Part shown: positions 48,648 through 58,891 of the stretch, one piece after another
Layout: each line of letters begins with the position of its first letter
How positions within the stretch are numbered: position 1 is the stretch's first letter
Source: an uncultured Actinomycetota bacterium
Lineage (GTDB): Bacteria; Actinomycetota; Actinomycetes; Actinomycetales; CAWJMD01
Direction of reading: 5' to 3'
NCBI GenBank assembly: GCA_963750285.1
Contig: CAVVQA010000003.1
Span: 43,014 to 107,013, forward strand
Length of the DNA stretch: 64,000 bases
Position numbers and translations under genes: made by a program
The notes under the pieces: generated by a model
Told to the model about the DNA's origin: nothing
Database searches by the model: none
The model's input: only the letters and a program-made list of their open reading frames with translations

Positions 48648-49515
48648 ATGGCGTGGAGCAGCGTGGGTCTGGTCGGGGCGGGACCGTGGGTCGACCTGGC
48701 GGTGGTGCCGGCCCTCGCCGCGGCGCCCGGCGTGCGGCTCGACCGGGTCTGGGCCCGACGACCCGAGGCGGCGGCCGCCGTCGCCGACCGCGCCGGTGCG
48801 AGCGTCGTGGCCTCGCCGCAGGAGGCGATGTCCGGGGTCGACGTCGTCGCCCTGTGCGTGCCGCCCGACGTCCAGGCCTCGCTCCTGCCCGAGGCCGTCG
48901 CGTCCGGGGCGGCACTGCTCCTGGAGAAGCCGGTGGCGCGCACCGTCGGCGAGGCCGAGGTGCTGCACGGCGCCGCGGCGGTCCGGGTCCACTACGCCCG
49001 GCTCGTCGACGAGCACCTGCGGGAGTGGCTCGACGCGGCGTCAGCGGGGCGCTGGGACGGCGCCGAGGTGGTGCTGACCAACGGCGCGACGCTCGGCGAC
49101 GACCCCTTCGGACGCTCTCCGTGGCGTCGCGAACCGCTCGGTGCGCTGTGGGACCTCGGGCCGCACGCCCTCGCCTGGTTGCACCTCGTCCTGGGCCCGA
49201 CCACCGCCGTGACGGCCCGGCGCGCCGACCACGAGACCGTGCTGGAGACGACGCACCCGGGCGGCGCGACCGCGCGCACGCGCGCTCTCGGTGGCGAGCA
49301 CCGCGCCGCAGGAGCGGTTCGTCCTGCACGGCGTGGACGGGCGGGCCCACCCGGCCCCGGGGGAGCGGCAGACCGGCGCCGAGACCTACGCGGCGCTGCT
49401 CGGCTCGCAGACGGTCGACGACGCCTCGCCGACGTGGCGGGCGGTGAGCGACCCGCGCTTCAGCACGGCGGTCGTGGCGACCCTGGTGGCGGCGGCCGCT
49501 CAGCTCGACGGCTGA
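48648..49515 (+). CDS. Gfo/Idh/MocA-family oxidoreductase; apparent frameshift near 49290
   Basis: 'VGLVGAG', 'LLEKPVA', 'GALWDLGPH'. Confidence 0.78.
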
Positions 49516-49943
49516 GCCCGGCCGGCGAGCCAGCGCAGCGCGAGCCCGTAGCCCTCGACCCCCAGGCCGGCGACGACGCCGGTGGCGACGGGGGAGACGT
49601 AGGAGTGGCGCCGGAACTCCTCGCGCGCGTGCACGTTCGAGATGTGCACCTCGACCAGCGGGGCGCGGAGGGCGGCGCAGGCGTCGCGCAGCGCGACGGA
49701 GGTGTGCGTCCACCCGCCGGGGTTGAGCACGACCGGGGTCGAGGCGTCGGCGGCCTCGTGCAACCAGCCGAGCATCTCGTGCTCGGCGTCGGTCTGGCGC
49801 ACCTCCACCTCGAGCCCGAGCTCCGCGCCGTGTGCACGGCAGGCGGCGGCGAGCTCGTCGTGGGTGGTGGTGCCGTACGTCTGCGGCTCGCGGGTGCCGA
49901 GGCGTCCGAGGTTGGGCCCGTTGAGCACCAGCACGCGCGTCAT
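49500..49943 (-). CDS. aroQ: Type II 3-dehydroquinate dehydratase
   Basis: 'LNGPNL..LG.REP..YG', 'NPGGWTHTS', '[15 protein letters not shown]'. Confidence 0.95.
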   Translation of the reverse strand: MTRVLVLNGPNLGRLGTREPQTYGTTTHDELAAACRAHGAELGLEVEVRQTDAEHEMLGWLHEAADASTPVVLNPGGWTHTSVALRDACAALRAPLVEVHISNVHAREEFRRHSYVSPVATGVVAGLGVEGYGLALRWLAGRAQPSS

Positions 49944-50001
49944 GCCGCGATCATCGCGCATCGCGCCCGGAACCTGTCGGTGGCACGTCGCTGGCCGGCC
50001 G

Positions 50002-50069
50002 CCGCGAGTGTGAGCGCAGGCGCTGGGGCCGCGCCGGCGGGTCGCGCGCCTCGTTCACACTCGCGGGGT
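50002..50069. repeat. REP-like imperfect hairpin, copy 2
   Basis: CCGCGAGTGTGA...GTCGCGCGCCTCGTTCACACTCGCGGGGT. Confidence 0.7.
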
Positions 50070-50849
50070 TGCGGCGGAAGGGGTCAGCCCTGGTCGGGCT
50101 GCGGGCCGCTGCTCGGCGGCCGGGCCCTGCTCGCGGAGCCGCTGGACGTTCTCCAGCGCCTCGCGCAGCTGACCCAGCCACTCGTCGGCGTTCTGCGCCA
50201 CCAGCGCGACGCACCAGGCCAGGGCCTCGGACCGGCTGCGGGCGACGCCCGAGTCGATCAGGGTGTCCAGGACCTCGCGCTCGGGCTGGCGCAGGCGCGT
50301 CATCACCGGCACGGCCAGCGACGTGAACACCTCGCGGGTGTCCGCGATCTGCGCGCCCCAGGCGACCTTGCGCCCGTAACGGGGCTCGGCCTCCTCGGCG
50401 ACGGCGATCCGCTGCTCGCGGGTCTGCTCGCGCCAGCGGGCGATCCGGCCGAGCCGGGCCGCCACGGTGGCGCTCTCGTCGCCCTCGACGGCGGTGCCGT
50501 CGTCGGGCAGCGTGCCCACGACCAGGATCTCGTCGCGGTCGACGGTGATCTGGGCGGGACCGGTGAACCAGTCGTCGGGCAGCCGCCCGCCGAACCAGGC
50601 CTGCAGGTCCGCCTCGCTCACCGGCGGCACGTCGCGCTCGCGCCCGCGGCCACGACCGCGCGGCCCGAACCCGCCGGGCCCGAACCCGGCACCGAAGCCG
50701 GCACCGAACCCGGCGCCGAAGCCCTGGCCGGAGCCCTCGCCCCGTCGCCCGCGGCCGCCGTGGTGGCCGGAGCGGCCACGGGGTCGTCCGGCCTTGGACG
50801 GGCCGCGCCCGCCGTCGCCGGGCTCTGCGTCCTCGATGAGGAACCTCAT
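50055..50849 (-). CDS. Conserved hypothetical protein with Gly-rich N-terminus and possible C-terminal ribbon-helix-helix
   Basis: 'GAGF' repeats; 'PVMTRLRQPEREVLDTLIDSGVARSRSEALAWCV'; RBS AAAGGAG. Confidence 0.7.
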   Translation of the reverse strand: MRFLIEDAEPGDGGRGPSKAGRPRGRSGHHGGRGRRGEGSGQGFGAGFGAGFGAGFGPGGFGPRGRGRGRERDVPPVSEADLQAWFGGRLPDDWFTGPAQITVDRDEILVVGTLPDDGTAVEGDESATVAARLGRIARWREQTREQRIAVAEEAEPRYGRKVAWGAQIADTREVFTSLAVPVMTRLRQPEREVLDTLIDSGVARSRSEALAWCVALVAQNADEWLGQLREALENVQRLREQGPAAEQRPAARPGLTPSAATPRV

Positions 50850-50948
50850 GATGTTCTCCTTTCGACGATTACATCATTACACGTAACGCCAGCAACGTCG
50901 AGCAGTGTTCCCGCGCGGTCGACGGAGGGGCTGTGCCACGCTCGCGCG

Positions 50949-51464
50949 ATGGGCGCCAGGACGCGGAACGAGCAGCAGGACGACGACCGCGCCGAGGGTC
51001 GGGACGAGACGCCGCTCGAACGCGCGGACCGGCACTGGAACGAGATGCTCCAGGAGCTGCGCGTGGTGCAGACCGGTGTCCAGCTGCTCACCGCGTTCCT
51101 GCTGACGCTGCCGTTCACCCAGCGCTTCGCCGAGCTCGACCAGGTGCACGTGAACCTGTTCGTCGTCGTCGTGCTGCTCGCGGCGACCGCCACCGGCCTG
51201 CTGATCGCCCCGGTGAGCCTGCACCGCCACCTGTTCCGGCAGCGCCGCAGGGACGACCTGGTGCGCTGGGGGCACCGGCTGGCGCTCGCCGGTCTCGCCG
51301 TGCTGGGCCTCGCCGTCGCCGGCGTGGTGCTGCTGGTGATGAGCGTGATCATGTCGACGGGCGCCGCCGCGCTGCTCGCGGGCGCCGTGCTCGCCGGGCT
51401 CGTCCTGCTGTGGCTCGTGCTCCCCCTCGTGGTGCGCCACCAGCGGGCGCTCACCGGCGGCTGA
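50949..51464 (+). CDS. DUF6328-family membrane protein
   Basis: 'ER.DR.W.E.LQELRV.QTGVQ.L.AFLLTLPF.QRF'. Confidence 0.8.
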   Translation: MGARTRNEQQDDDRAEGRDETPLERADRHWNEMLQELRVVQTGVQLLTAFLLTLPFTQRFAELDQVHVNLFVVVVLLAATATGLLIAPVSLHRHLFRQRRRDDLVRWGHRLALAGLAVLGLAVAGVVLLVMSVIMSTGAAALLAGAVLAGLVLLWLVLPLVVRHQRALTGG

Positions 51465-51488
51465 CCGGCGGCTGACCGGCGGCTGACC
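51450..51488 (+). repeat. 11-bp tandem repeat CTGACCGGCGG (about 3.5 copies) spanning the stop codon
   Basis: Direct reading of the sequence. Confidence 0.85.
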
Positions 51489-51517
51489 CGGTCCGCCCGG
51501 CCGCTACGTTCTGGCCC

Positions 51518-53866
51518 ATGACTGCGCTGGAGATCGGGCGACCCCCGGCGAGCGACCCGGTGATGACGGCCGTGGAGCGCCGCGTCCTGTGGCTGGCCGC
51601 AGCGGTCGTCGACCACGCCAACCGGGTCCGGCCCAACACCTCGGGCGTCAAGGTCGGCGGGCACCAGGCGTCCAGCGCCTCGATGGTGACGATGATGACC
51701 GCGCTGTGGTTCGGCCGGCTCGGTCCGCAGGACCGGGTGTCGGTCAAGCCGCACGCCTCGCCCGTCCTGCACGCGATCAACCACCTGCTCGGCGAGCTCG
51801 ACGTCGAGCACCTCACCACCCTGCGGGCGCTCGGCGGCCTGCAGTCCTACCCGAGCCGCACCAAGGACCCCGACCCCGTCGACTACTCCACCGGCTCGGT
51901 CGGGCTCGGCGCGACCGCCCCGCTGTGGGGCGCCATGGCCCGCCGGTACGTCGACCAGCACTTCGGCGACGGCGCGCCGGGCTCGTCCGGGCAGTGGGCC
52001 GGGCGCCAGTACTCCCTCATCGGCGACGCCGAGCTCGACGAGGGCGCCTGCTGGGAGGCGATCGTCGACCCGGGCGTCGCCGACCTCGGTGAGGTCGTGT
52101 GGGTGGTCGACCTCAACCGGCAGTCGCTCGACCGCGTGGTCCCCGCGATCGCGACGCCGCGGCTGCAGGGGATGTTCGAGGCCGCCGGCTGGCAGGTGAT
52201 CACGCTCAAGTACGGCTCGTTGCTGAGCGAGCTGTTCGAGCGTCCGGGCGGTGACGCGCTGCGGGCGCGGATCGACTCGATGGTCAACCCCGAGTACCAG
52301 CGGCTGCTGCGCTGCGACGCCTCCGAGCTGCGGCTCCGGCTCCCCGGAGATGGTGACCGGTCGGGCGAGATCGCCTCTCTCGTCGAGGGTCTGGACGACC
52401 GCACGCTGTGGTCCGCGGTCCGCAACCTCGGTGGGCACGACCTCGGCGGCATGCTCGCCGCCCTCGACGCCGTCGACGACACCCGGCCGACGGTGATCTT
52501 CGCGTACACGGTCAAGGGCCACGGTCTGGCCACCGAGGGCCACCCGCAGAACCACTCCTCGCTGCTCACCGAGGAGCAGATGCGGCAGCTGGCGGACGCC
52601 TGCGGCACCGACCTCGACGACCCGTGGGCGCCGTTCGCCGACGCCTCGCCGGAGGCGGAGCTGTGCCGCGCCACGGCCGAGCGGCTACGGCGTGAACCCG
52701 TACCGCCGCTGCCGTCCTACGAGCTCCCCACCGACATGGGTCGCACGCCGCACGGCCGCGCCACCACCCAGGCGGCGCTCGGGCGCACCCTGCTCGACGT
52801 CACCCGCGCGGCGCCGGAGGCCGCCGCGCGCGTGGTGACCGTCAGCCCGGACGTCAGCTCGTCGACCAACCTCGGCGGCTGGGTCAACAAGGTCGGCGTC
52901 TGGGCGCCGACCGAGCGGCAGGACTGGTTCGCCGACGACCGCGAGACGATCCTGCACTGGCGCGAGCGACCCACCGGCCAGCACCTCGAGCTCGGCATCG
53001 CCGAGGTGAACCTGGTGAGCGCGCTCGGAGAGCTCGGCACCACGTGGAGCCGTTGGGGCCAGCCGCTGCTCCCCGTCGGGGTGGTCTACGACCCGTTCGT
53101 CGGACGCGCCCTCGAGCCCTGGTCGTTCGGCATGTACGCCGGCGGCCAGTCGATCCTGGTCGGCACGCCCGCCGGCGTGACGCTCGCCCCGGAAGGCGGT
53201 GCGCACCAGTCGGTCACGACGCCCTCGATCGGCCTCGAGCAGCCGGGCTGCGTCAGCTACGAGCCGGCCTTCGCCCTCGAGGTCGAGTGGTGCCTGCTCG
53301 ACTCCCTCGCGCACCTCGGACGGCCCGACGGCCGGTCGAGCTACCTGCGGCTGTCGACGCGGCCGGTCGACCAGGCCCTGGCCGACGTCCCCACCGACCC
53401 CGCCGCCCGCGAGCGGCGCCGCCGGCTCGTCCTGGCTGGTGCCTACCGGCTGCGCACCGCTCGGCCGGCGCCCGACCGGCAGGCGGTGACGCTGGTGACG
53501 ATGGGTCCGATGGTCACCGAGACCCTCTCTGCCGCAGGGCGTCTGGCCGAGCACGGCGTGGACGCCGACGTCGTCGTCGTCACCAGTCCGGACCTGCTCT
53601 TCAAGGCGCTCCAGGCGCGGTCCGGACGGTCGGAGGGCTCGGGGTGGGTGCTGGAGCAGGCGCTGCCGGCCGACCGCGCCTTCCCCATGGTCACGGTCCT
53701 GGACGGCCACCCGCACGCGCTGGCGTTCCTCGCCACGGTGCGCGGCGTGCGGGCGACGCACCTCGGGGTGAGCGGGTTCGGTCAGTCGGGCGGGCTCGAG
53801 GAGGTGTACCGGCTGCACGGCCTCGACGCCGACGCTCAGGTGTCGGCGGCCCTCGACGTGGTCTGA
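51518..53866 (+). CDS. Homodimeric pyruvate dehydrogenase E1 (AceE)/transketolase-like TPP enzyme
   Basis: 'KVGGHQASSAS', 'GLQSYP', 'GDAELDEG...N.QSLD', 'LELGIAE', 'EGGAHQS'. Confidence 0.88.
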   Translation: MTALEIGRPPASDPVMTAVERRVLWLAAAVVDHANRVRPNTSGVKVGGHQASSASMVTMMTALWFGRLGPQDRVSVKPHASPVLHAINHLLGELDVEHLTTLRALGGLQSYPSRTKDPDPVDYSTGSVGLGATAPLWGAMARRYVDQHFGDGAPGSSGQWAGRQYSLIGDAELDEGACWEAIVDPGVADLGEVVWVVDLNRQSLDRVVPAIATPRLQGMFEAAGWQVITLKYGSLLSELFERPGGDALRARIDSMVNPEYQRLLRCDASELRLRLPGDGDRSGEIASLVEGLDDRTLWSAVRNLGGHDLGGMLAALDAVDDTRPTVIFAYTVKGHGLATEGHPQNHSSLLTEEQMRQLADACGTDLDDPWAPFADASPEAELCRATAERLRREPVPPLPSYELPTDMGRTPHGRATTQAALGRTLLDVTRAAPEAAARVVTVSPDVSSSTNLGGWVNKVGVWAPTERQDWFADDRETILHWRERPTGQHLELGIAEVNLVSALGELGTTWSRWGQPLLPVGVVYDPFVGRALEPWSFGMYAGGQSILVGTPAGVTLAPEGGAHQSVTTPSIGLEQPGCVSYEPAFALEVEWCLLDSLAHLGRPDGRSSYLRLSTRPVDQALADVPTDPAARERRRRLVLAGAYRLRTARPAPDRQAVTLVTMGPMVTETLSAAGRLAEHGVDADVVVVTSPDLLFKALQARSGRSEGSGWVLEQALPADRAFPMVTVLDGHPHALAFLATVRGVRATHLGVSGFGQSGGLEEVYRLHGLDADAQVSAALDVV

Positions 53867-54927
53867 GCCGAGGCAGGCCGGCCGCCCGTCGACGGGCGAC
53901 CGCCGTCGTTCCCCGCTCGCGACGACGTCCTGCGCCGTTCGCGCTTCACCGCGTACATGCGGCGGTCGGCCTCGTCCTGCGCGTCGCTCATGCCGGTGAC
54001 CTGCGTCATCGTCCCGGTGCCCGTGCTGGCGGCCACGTCGGCCTCGGCCAGCGCCGCGGTGAGGCGGGTGGCGAGGTGGCCGGCCTCGTCCTGCGTGGTC
54101 TGCGGGCAGAGCACGGTGAACTCGTCGCCGCCGATCCGGGCCAGGTGGTCGCCGGCGCGGATCGTGGTGCGCAGCACCCGCGCGGCGGTGCGCAGCAGCT
54201 CGTCGCCGGCGGCGTGGCCCGCGGAGTCGTTGACGCCCTTGAGGTCGTCGAGGTCGATCACGACGACGCTGGCGTGGTCGCCGAGCCGGTGGTGGCGTCC
54301 CTGCTCCACGGCGCAGACGGCGTTCCACGCGCGCCGGTTGAGCAGCCCGGTCAGGGGGTCGGTGTCGGCGGCGGCCCTGCTCGCCTCGAGCTGGCGGGCG
54401 AGCGAGACCGCCAGCTGGTCGGCGCGCAGCGTCTCGGTGAGCAGCCGTCCCAGCAGCTCGAGCAGGGCGCGGTGGCCGAGCAGGTCGTCGGGGTGCGCCC
54501 GGTCGTCGAGCCCGCACACGGTGCCGAACAGGCTGCCGTCGGCGAGCACCAGCGGGATGCCGACGTACGCGCGCACCGGCACCGAGCGGGTGACCTCGCG
54601 GTCGCGGTACGCGGCGACGGCGGCGACGTCCGGCGCGATCCGCGGGCCGTCGTCCTCCCACATCACCTGGCACAGCGAGTCGCCCCACGGATGACCTGAT
54701 CCGACGCCGAGCCCGAGGTCGTTGGGGGTGACCGAGAGGAAGACCTGCCGACCGCCCACCATCCGCGAGACCGTCCACGCCAGCAGGGGGAGCTGCTCGT
54801 CGAGGTAGCCGATCACCGCCCGCGAGGCGGCGTCGAAGGCGCCGTCACCCTGCCGTGGTGTCCCCGTCGGCGGCAGCCCGCCCAGTGCCGGCACGCCGCG
54901 CGGCAGTCCCCCGACGCCCCCGTCCAC
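53836..54927 (-). CDS. GAF-GGDEF diguanylate cyclase
   Basis: GAF 'AYVGIPL...LFGTVCGLD'; 'DPLTGLLNRR', 'ARIGGDEF'; start approximate. Confidence 0.9.
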   Translation of the reverse strand: MDGGVGGLPRGVPALGGLPPTGTPRQGDGAFDAASRAVIGYLDEQLPLLAWTVSRMVGGRQVFLSVTPNDLGLGVGSGHPWGDSLCQVMWEDDGPRIAPDVAAVAAYRDREVTRSVPVRAYVGIPLVLADGSLFGTVCGLDDRAHPDDLLGHRALLELLGRLLTETLRADQLAVSLARQLEASRAAADTDPLTGLLNRRAWNAVCAVEQGRHHRLGDHASVVVIDLDDLKGVNDSAGHAAGDELLRTAARVLRTTIRAGDHLARIGGDEFTVLCPQTTQDEAGHLATRLTAALAEADVAASTGTGTMTQVTGMSDAQDEADRRMYAVKRERRRTSSRAGNDGGRPSTGGRPASAQTTSRAADT

Positions 54928-55100
54928 GGCACGACTCTTCCACGCGAGCAGTGCGCACCGCACCCCTGCGCCACCCCCGTCGACGTATCGATCAGGTGAA
55001 CTCGCCGCGTGCGGACCCGCGCGGACCGTCCGGCAGGCGCATCATGGGCTGACCTCGGAGCACGGGAGCCACGTCCGCCACAGCCGGTCGGGAGGTCGCG

Positions 55101-55643
55101 ATGTCGGGTCGGGAGGACCGCGCGGTGGAGATCGCGCCCTTCAGCCGCGGCGGCGTGCCGCTGGCGGGCTTCGTGGTGTCGGGGCGCTGGCCCACGAACA
55201 CCCACGAGTGGGCGCAGCTGCTCACCCTCGCCGTCCGGCTCGCCGCGGTGCCCGGGCTGGTCCCGGCGACGTCGGTCTTCCGCACCAGCGACGACCGTCC
55301 CGACTCCAGCGGCGCGATCCCCGACCCCGTCGGCCTGGTGCTGCTCGCCGGACCGGTGCTCGGGTCCGGCGCACCGTCGCCCGGCGCGCTGGCCGAGCCG
55401 CAGCCGGCCGCGCTGCTCCTGCTGCACCCGCCGGCCGAGTCGGTGCCCTCGACGCCGGAGTCGGCAGGGGCTGCCTCCGGCTGCGTGCTGCTGCCCGGCC
55501 TGCCGCACCTCGGCCTCGAGCACCGCGCCGCGTGGGTGGAGGCCGTGGCCGACGGCACGGTGACCCGGCTGCTCAGCCAGGTGGGGGTCGACCCCGCGCA
55601 CGACCCCGACACCGCCGTGCTCGCCATGCTCCTGGCCGCCTGA
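55101..55643 (+). CDS. Conserved actinobacterial hypothetical protein
   Basis: RBS GGAGGT; ends 'DPDTAVLAMLLAA'; no catalytic motif recognised. Confidence 0.7.
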   Translation: MSGREDRAVEIAPFSRGGVPLAGFVVSGRWPTNTHEWAQLLTLAVRLAAVPGLVPATSVFRTSDDRPDSSGAIPDPVGLVLLAGPVLGSGAPSPGALAEPQPAALLLLHPPAESVPSTPESAGAASGCVLLPGLPHLGLEHRAAWVEAVADGTVTRLLSQVGVDPAHDPDTAVLAMLLAA

Positions 55644-55701
55644 CCGGCCCGAGCCGCCCGTCCGGGCGAGAGGGTCGGGCGCCGGAGATACGGTGACCGG
55701 C

Positions 55702-56895
55702 ATGAGCAGCGCCCGCCCCTCCGGTCCGTTCGACCCGGTCGACCCGCTCGACCTCGACGACCAGCTGACGCCCGACGAGCGCTCGGTGCGCGACAGCGTC
55801 CGGCAGTTCTGCGACGAGCACGTGGCCCCGCACGTCGGCCAGTGGTTCGAGGACGGCGAGGTGCCCGAGATCCGTTCCCTCATCGCGCAGTTCGGCGCGC
55901 TCGGGGTGCTGGGCATGCACCTGGAGGGCTACGGCTGCGCGGGGATGTCGGCTGTCGACTACGGGCTGGCGTGCACCGAGATCGAGGCCGCCGACTCGGG
56001 CGTCCGGTCGATGGTCTCGGTGCAGGGCTCGCTCGCGATGTACCCGATCCACGCGTTCGGCAGCGAGGAGCACAAGCAGGAGTGGCTCCCCGGGATGGCT
56101 GCGGGCGAGCTGGTGGGCTGCTTCGGCCTGACCGAGCCCGACCACGGCTCGGACCCCGGCGGCATGCGCACCCGCGCGAAGCAGGAGCCCGGCGGCGACT
56201 GGGTGCTGGACGGCCGCAAGATGTGGATCACCAACGGCTCGATCGCCGACGTCGCCGTCGTGTGGGCCCAGACCGACGACGGCATCAGGGGCTTCGTCGT
56301 CCCCACCGCCACCGACGGCTTCTCCGCCCCCGAGATCCACCACAAGATGTCGATGCGCGCGTCGGTCACGAGCGAGCTCGTCCTGGACGGCGTGCGGCTG
56401 CCCGCCGACGCGGTCCTGCCGGGGGTGCGCGGGCTCAAGGGACCGCTGGCGTGCCTGTCCGAGGCCAGGTTCGGGATCGTGTGGGGGTCGATGGGCGCCG
56501 CCCGCTCGGCGTTCGAGGCGGCCCGGCGGTACGCCATCGAGCGCGAGCAGTTCGGGCGTCCGATCGGCGGCTTCCAGCTCACCCAGGCCAAGCTCGCCGA
56601 CATGTCGCTCGAGCTCGCCAAGGGCCAGCTGCTCGCCCTGCACCTCGGCCGGCTCAAGGACGCCGGCCGGCTGCGGCCGGAGCAGGTCTCCTACGGCAAG
56701 CTCAACAACGTCCGCGAGGCGCTGGAGATCTGCCGGACGGCGCGGACGATCCTGGGCGCCAACGGGATCTCCCTGGAGTACCCGGTGATCCGCCACATGA
56801 ACAACCTCGAGTCGGTGCTGACCTACGAGGGAACCGTCGAGATGCACACGCTCGTCATCGGCCAGGCCCTGACCGGCCAGGCGGCATTCCGCTAG
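55702..56895 (+). CDS. Acyl-CoA dehydrogenase (glutaryl-CoA dehydrogenase-like)
   Basis: 'GCFGLTEPDHGSDP', 'KMWITNG', 'R.QFG.PI', 'TYEGT'. Confidence 0.9.
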   Translation: MSSARPSGPFDPVDPLDLDDQLTPDERSVRDSVRQFCDEHVAPHVGQWFEDGEVPEIRSLIAQFGALGVLGMHLEGYGCAGMSAVDYGLACTEIEAADSGVRSMVSVQGSLAMYPIHAFGSEEHKQEWLPGMAAGELVGCFGLTEPDHGSDPGGMRTRAKQEPGGDWVLDGRKMWITNGSIADVAVVWAQTDDGIRGFVVPTATDGFSAPEIHHKMSMRASVTSELVLDGVRLPADAVLPGVRGLKGPLACLSEARFGIVWGSMGAARSAFEAARRYAIEREQFGRPIGGFQLTQAKLADMSLELAKGQLLALHLGRLKDAGRLRPEQVSYGKLNNVREALEICRTARTILGANGISLEYPVIRHMNNLESVLTYEGTVEMHTLVIGQALTGQAAFR

Positions 56896-56998
56896 GTCGC
56901 GAGGAAACGGTCGCGACCGGCGCCACCCGCTGGGTCGTGGCGACGTCGCCGCGTGGGCGGCCCGCGAGGAGGCCGCGCGGCGCTGAGCCTCCCGAGGG

Positions 56999-58209
56999 TC
57001 AGAGCACCAGCTCGAGCCCCTCGGCCACCACCCGGCCGCCGTGGACGACCGTCCGGTCCGGCAGGCGGTCCATCACCGCGGAGGTGACGGTCTCGCCGGC
57101 GAGCAGCACCAGGTGCGCCGGGTCGCCGACGGCCAGGCCGGGGCGGTCGTCAGCACCGAGGTCAGTCGCGGCCGGTCGCGGTGCATGATCGAGTCGCCTC
57201 CGACGGTGGCGACGGCGGCGCAGTGCTCCACCAGCTCGTCGGCGCGGAAGCCGTGGGTGAAGGCCAGCTGCCAGGTGCGGTCGAGCAGGTCGGCGTTGCC
57301 GTAGGGCGACCAGTAGTCACGCTGACCGTCCTCGCCGAGCCCCACTCGCACACCGGCTTCCACCAGATGCTGGAGCGGGAGGTTCTGCCGTCCGCCGGGC
57401 GCGACCGTGGCGGTGGCGACGTCGGCGCCGGCGAACGCCTCGACCAGTCGACGGGTCTGCGCCTCGGAGGTCTGCCACAGCCCGTACCCGTGGCTGATCA
57501 GCACCTCGCCCTGCATGCCCAGCGCGGTCGTCCGCTCGATGATCAGGTCGGCGCTGAACGCGCCGAGCTCACCGGGCTCGTGCAGGTGCACGTCGACCGG
57601 CCTGCCGTACTTCTCGGCCAGCCCGAACACGATGTCGAGGTGGCGCACCGGGTCGCGGTCGAGGGTGCACGGGTCGATGCCGCCCACGACGTCCGCCCCG
57701 GCGCGCAGCGCGTCCTCCAGCACCTGCGCCGAGCCCTCCTCGCGCAGCAGCCCGGCCTGAGGGAACGCGATGATCTGCACCTCGCAGCGTCCGGAGAACT
57801 CCTCTCGCGCGGCGAGAACGGCTTCGAGCCGTTCGAGGCGGCAGTCGACGTCGACCTGAGCGAAGGTGCGGACGCGGGTGGTGCCGCGGGCGACCATCAT
57901 CCCCAGCGTGCGGCTCACCCGCTCGGTGATGCCGACCTCGGCGTGACGCCAGTTCTCCCGGTCGTTCAGCATCATCGCCCAGACCCCCGGCGCGCCGGTG
58001 TGCGGGCGGAACGGCAGCCCCAGGCGGGTGGAGTCGAGGTGCACGTGCACGTCGCTGAACGACGGCACCAGCAGCCGGCCGCGGCCCTCCACGACGTCGG
58101 CGCCGGGCGGAGGTGCTGTTCCGGCCGAGGTGATCGAGGCGATCACGCCGTCGGTGACGGTGACGTCGGAGGGCTCGCCGCCCCAGGGGCGGCAGTCGCG
58201 GATCAGCAC
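56999..58209 (-). CDS. Amidohydrolase (cytosine deaminase-like); apparent frameshift near 57140
   Basis: 'DVHVHLD', 'AFPQ', 'VHLHE', 'SH', 'GEDG.RD.W.PYG'. Confidence 0.82.
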
Positions 58210-58267
58210 GCCCCCACCGTAGGCAGGTCGGTGGGACGGGACCACGGCGCGGCCGCGGTGAGGACGC

Positions 58268-58891
58268 TCAGGGGGCGGCCGCAGCCACGAGCTCGGCGTA
58301 GTCGTCCGCGGTGACCGGCTCGGTGCTGAGCCGGCCGCCGGGAAGGGCCATCTCGACCGGCTCGCCACCGCTGACCAGCTGCACCCGCTCGATCCCCGGC
58401 ACGGAGGTGAGGGTCAGCACCACCTGTCCGAGTGCGAGCGGCAGCTGGTCGGCCGCGATCTCGCCCGCCGTGAGCTCGACCTCGACCCGCGCGGTGCCGC
58501 CCCGCAGCTCGTCGAGGGACAGGACGACCGCGGCGCCCAGCACGGTCCCGAGCCCCTGGGAGCGCTCGTCCTCGGTGGGTCCGGCCGCGAGCCTGGCCAG
58601 CGCCTCGCGCGCCACGTCGGCCGGCGCGCCCGGTTCCACCGGTGTCGGCGCCGCCTCGAGCAGCCCGCCCGTGCTGGCGACCAGGAAGACCGGGGTCAGG
58701 GCCTGGGTGCCCGGCAGGTCCAGCTCGGACGTCGCCGCCACCGGGTCCGCAGGGGGTGCGAGCAGGTCGTACGGGACCTGCTGCGGGTCGATGTCGGTCA
58801 GCGTGGTCGAGCCGAGCGAGCCGCACCCGGCGGTCCACACCGCCACCACGACCGACACCGCCAGCACCCGACCGGTCCTGCGTCCGCTCAC
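58268..58891 (-). CDS. GerMN-domain lipoprotein
   Basis: Lipobox TAGC; 'L.AGPT..E...GL.T', 'ALGQVVLTLT..PGI..V'. Confidence 0.78.
   Translation of the reverse strand: MSGRRTGRVLAVSVVVAVWTAGCGSLGSTTLTDIDPQQVPYDLLAPPADPVAATSELDLPGTQALTPVFLVASTGGLLEAAPTPVEPGAPADVAREALARLAAGPTEDERSQGLGTVLGAAVVLSLDELRGGTARVEVELTAGEIAADQLPLALGQVVLTLTSVPGIERVQLVSGGEPVEMALPGGRLSTEPVTADDYAELVAAAAP

Noticed and set aside
48618-51464. 948-aa Gfo/Idh-DUF6328 fusion ORF
   Set aside because: The frameshift near 49290 lets the frame run antisense through aroQ and the next gene.
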